NCBI GenBank assembly: GCA_965237415.1
Contig: CBDEFM010000002.1
Location: 832,001-896,000 of the forward strand
DNA from: Alphaproteobacteria bacterium
GTDB lineage: Bacteria; Pseudomonadota; Alphaproteobacteria; UBA828
Length of the DNA: 64,000 bases
Reading direction: 5' to 3'
The notes under the pieces are model-generated. The model had not been told where the DNA came from and made no database searches. It saw only the letters and a list, made by a program, of their open reading frames with translations. The position numbers and the translations under genes are program-made. Every line of letters begins with the position of its first letter. The first letter of the stretch is position 1. Positions 60,996-64,000 of the stretch are shown piece by piece.

Positions 60996-62750
60996 TCAAC
61001 CCTCGTCGGGCACGTCCTTCTCTTCCGCCGCACGCGCGGCCTCTTCCTGGGTCTTGCGATCGAGCGCGGCGCCGAGGATGTCGCCGAGGCTGGCGCCACT
61101 GTCGGTCGAGCCGTATTCGTCCATCGCCTGCTTCTCTTCCTGCACCTCAAGAGCCTTGATGGAGAGCGAGACGCGGCGGTTGTTGCGGTCGATCTGCAAC
61201 AGCTTGGCGTCCACCTTGTCGCCCGGCGCGAAACGCGTGGGGCGCTGCTCGTCGCGGTCGCGGGCGAGATCGGAGCGCTTGATGTCGCCGGGGACCGAAC
61301 CGAATATCTCGACCTCGACGCTGTGGTCATGCACCGCCGTGACGGTGCATGTCACCGTCTGGCCGCGGCGGCCTTCCGCACCCTGGAATGGATCGTCGTC
61401 GAGCTGCTTCAGGCCGAGGCCGATCCGCTCCTTCTCGACGTCGATCGTCAGCACTTTGGCCTTGACCTCGTCGCCCTTGCGGAACTTCTTCAGGGCCTCC
61501 TCGCCGGGCGTCAGCCAGTCCAGATCGGAGAGGTGCGCCATACCGTAAATCTCGCCAAGCAGCTCGACGAACAGGCCGAACTCGGTGATGTTCTTGATCT
61601 CGCCCTCGACGATCGAGCCCTCCGGATGAGAGTCGGCGAAGACGATCCAGGGGTTGTCCAGGCACTGCTTGAGCCCGAGGCTCACGCGCCGCTTCTCAGG
61701 ATCGACATCGAGCACCATCACCTCGACTTCCTGACTGGTCGAGATGATCTTGCCCGGATGAACGTTCTTCTTGGTCCAGCTCATCTCGGAGACATGGACC
61801 AGGCCTTCCACTCCCGGCTCGAGCTCCACGAACGCGCCGTAATCGGTGATGTTCGTCACCCGGCCGGTGAACTTCGTCCTGACCGGGTACTTCGCCTCGA
61901 CGCCCTCCCACGGATCGGCCTCGAGTTGTTTCATGCCGAGCGAGATACGCTGCGTCTCGGGGTTGAAGCGGATGACCTGGACGTTGACCGTCTGCCCGAT
62001 CTGCAGGGCGTCGGCTGGATGGTTGACGCGCCGCCACGAGATGTCGGTGACGTGCAGCAATCCGTCGACTCCGCCCAGATCGACGAAGGCGCCGTAGTCG
62101 GTAATATTCTTGACCACGCCTTCGAGCACCTGCCCTTCGTGCAGGTTGGCGATCAGCTCGTTGCGTTGCTCGGCACGGGTATCTTCCAGAACGGCACGGC
62201 GGGAGACGACGATGTTGCCGCGGCGGCGATCCATCTTGAGGATTTGGAACGGCTGATCCGTACCCACCAGGGGCGCGATGTCGCGCACCGGCCGAATATC
62301 GACCTGGCTTCCGGGCAGGAACGCCACGGCCCCGTCGAGATCGACCGTGAAACCGCCCTTGACCCGGCCGAAGATGACGCCGGAGACCCGCTCGCCATCC
62401 TTGTAGGCCTGCTCGAGCTTTTCCCACGCTTCTTCACGGCGCGCGCGTTCGCGGCTGAGCGAGGCCTCACCGCGCGTTGTCTCGAAGCGCTCGATATAGA
62501 CCTCGACTTCGTCGCCGACCTTGACTTCGGCCGCTTGCCCGGGGGCGGCGAATTCCTTGAGCGGCACGCGGCCCTCGACCTTGAGCCCGACATCGATCAG
62601 AGCGGCGTCGTTCTCGATCGCGAGAACGGTGCCCTTGACGACGCCTCCCTCGAAGCGCGGCGTGTCGTCGAGGAACTTATTGAGCATGTCGGAGAAATTC
62701 TCCTTTGCGGGGGTCGCCTGCTCAGTCGCTTGTGTGGTCTCGGCCGTCAT
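60996..62750 (-). CDS. rpsA: 30S ribosomal protein S1
   Basis: Repeated S1 domains (KNITDYGAFVDLGG, GLVHVSEMSW, RISLGMKQ). Confidence 0.98.
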   Translation of the reverse strand: MTAETTQATEQATPAKENFSDMLNKFLDDTPRFEGGVVKGTVLAIENDAALIDVGLKVEGRVPLKEFAAPGQAAEVKVGDEVEVYIERFETTRGEASLSRERARREEAWEKLEQAYKDGERVSGVIFGRVKGGFTVDLDGAVAFLPGSQVDIRPVRDIAPLVGTDQPFQILKMDRRRGNIVVSRRAVLEDTRAEQRNELIANLHEGQVLEGVVKNITDYGAFVDLGGVDGLLHVTDISWRRVNHPADALQIGQTVNVQVIRFNPETQRISLGMKQLEADPWEGVEAKYPVRTKFTGRVTNITDYGAFVELEPGVEGLVHVSEMSWTKKNVHPGKIISTSQEVEVMVLDVDPEKRRVSLGLKQCLDNPWIVFADSHPEGSIVEGEIKNITEFGLFVELLGEIYGMAHLSDLDWLTPGEEALKKFRKGDEVKAKVLTIDVEKERIGLGLKQLDDDPFQGAEGRRGQTVTCTVTAVHDHSVEVEIFGSVPGDIKRSDLARDRDEQRPTRFAPGDKVDAKLLQIDRNNRRVSLSIKALEVQEEKQAMDEYGSTDSGASLGDILGAALDRKTQEEAARAAEEKDVPDEG

Positions 62751-62858
62751 CTGATCTCCAGCATTGTCGGTGGGCGCCTTGGCGCAAGGCTTGATCGGCG
62801 CGCGCCGCGGTCTGTGTTGGGTGAACGCGTCCCGCGGTGCGGGTCTCGATACCCGTTT

Positions 62859-63512
62859 CTACGCGGACGAAAAACGCGCGTCGACGATGGCCACTGCCCT
62901 ATCGAACACCTCATCGGGTCCGAGGGCACTGGTATCGATCCGACATGCGTCTGCCGCCGGCTTCAACGGTGCGGCGCTGCGCCGACGGTCGCGGGCGTCG
63001 CGGGCGATTAATTCATCCAAAACGCTGGATTCTATACTCTCCACACCGCGTGACCGCAACTCACAAAGGCGGCGGGCGGCCCGCACTTCGGCGGTTGCCT
63101 CCAGATAGAATTTCACCTGTGCATCCGGGCATACGACCGTGCCGATATCCCGCCCGTCGAGCACGGCGCCCGGCGGACGCGCTGCGAACACACGTTGATA
63201 GTCGAGCAAGGCCTGGCGCACCGCACCGTGAGTGGCCACCAACGAGGCCGCCTGTCCAACCTCCTCGTCGCGGAGAGCCAGGTCGCTGAGGTCAGCGTCG
63301 GTGATCCCGTTTGCCGCGGCCGCGGCCTCAGCCTCCCCCGCCGGTTTGCCGCTCGCCCGCAACACGCGAAGCGCCGTCGCACGGTAGAGCGAGCCGGTAT
63401 CGAGATGCCGGAGACCGTAGTGTGCCGCGAGGCGGCGTGCGAGGGTTCCCTTGCCAGCCGCCGCCGGCCCGTCCACCGCGATGACCAGCGGCGCCGGCTC
63501 AGCGCGCGGCAA
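62859..63512 (-). CDS. cmk: Cytidylate kinase
   Basis: [30 protein letters not shown]; start approximate. Confidence 0.95.
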   Translation of the reverse strand: MPRAEPAPLVIAVDGPAAAGKGTLARRLAAHYGLRHLDTGSLYRATALRVLRASGKPAGEAEAAAAANGITDADLSDLALRDEEVGQAASLVATHGAVRQALLDYQRVFAARPPGAVLDGRDIGTVVCPDAQVKFYLEATAEVRAARRLCELRSRGVESIESSVLDELIARDARDRRRSAAPLKPAADACRIDTSALGPDEVFDRAVAIVDARFSSA

Positions 63513-64000
63513 TCGAGGCTCCCAGACCATTCATGTCGGCGACGAAGCTTGGATAGCTCGTGCCGATCATCGATCCGTCATCGACAGTCAAGGGCTTCTC
63601 GCTCGCCATGCCGAGAGTGAGGAAAGCCATGGCGATGCGGTGGTCGAACTCGGTCGCAACCAGCCCGCCGCCCGGAGGCGGGCCGCCGCGACCCACGATA
63701 TCGAGCCCGTCGTCCCGTTCCGTCATCGTCACGCCTGCCGCGCGAAGGCCGGCGGCGGTCGCGCCCAGCCTGTCGCTCTCCTTGACCCTGAGCTCGGCGA
63801 GGCCGTTGAGCCGCGTGGTGCCCTCGGCACACGCGGCGATGACGCTCAGAATCGGATATTCGTCGATCATGCGCGGTGCCCGCTCGGCGGGCACCTCTAC
63901 CCCGCGCAACCGACCGGCCTGCACCGCGATATCGGCTACCGGCTCGCCTGCCTGCTCGCGCAGAGAGCCCATATCGATCATTGCGCCCATGTCACGCAGA
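63499..64000 (-). CDS. aroA: EPSP synthase, 3' part
   Basis: [30 protein letters not shown]. Confidence 0.96.
   Translation of the reverse strand, partial: LRDMGAMIDMGSLREQAGEPVADIAVQAGRLRGVEVPAERAPRMIDEYPILSVIAACAEGTTRLNGLAELRVKESDRLGATAAGLRAAGVTMTERDDGLDIVGRGGPPPGGGLVATEFDHRIAMAFLTLGMASEKPLTVDDGSMIGTSYPSFVADMNGLGASIAAR

Overview
GC-rich bacterial chromosomal window; gene order points to an alphaproteobacterium, and the giant FN3 adhesin suggests a host-associated one (inference). It has three zones. (1) 1-6.7 kb: the 5' part of a >2,000-aa secreted FN3/Ig-repeat surface protein on the minus strand, absent from the ORF track because it runs off the window, with a 60-copy CTCGG tract at its 5' end (candidate phase-variation switch). 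(2) ~8-40 kb: a genomic island ending at a P4-like tyrosine integrase beside the 3' end of tRNA-Thr(CGT). It carries a MOBF relaxase/oriT/ssb/toprim/helicase backbone with no T4SS in the window, plus lower-GC cargo. The main cargo is an unusual Pycsar-like locus: a CapW-like WYL regulator and a cNMP-binding-domain + 4TM protein, divergent from a tandem-domain class III cyclase and a stand-alone E2-like protein, followed by a second, single-domain PycC-type cyclase. The cargo also holds several TA modules, IS remnants and uncharacterised gene pairs. (3) 40-64 kb: housekeeping genes (hemY/COG4223/hemD/hemC, tsaD, gpsA, two tRNA-Leu, trxA, folC-accD-trpABF-pyrF-lapA-ihfB-sppA-rpsA-cmk-aroA), with a strikingly degenerate PyrF active site. 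All family calls come from motif recognition by eye, not database searches.
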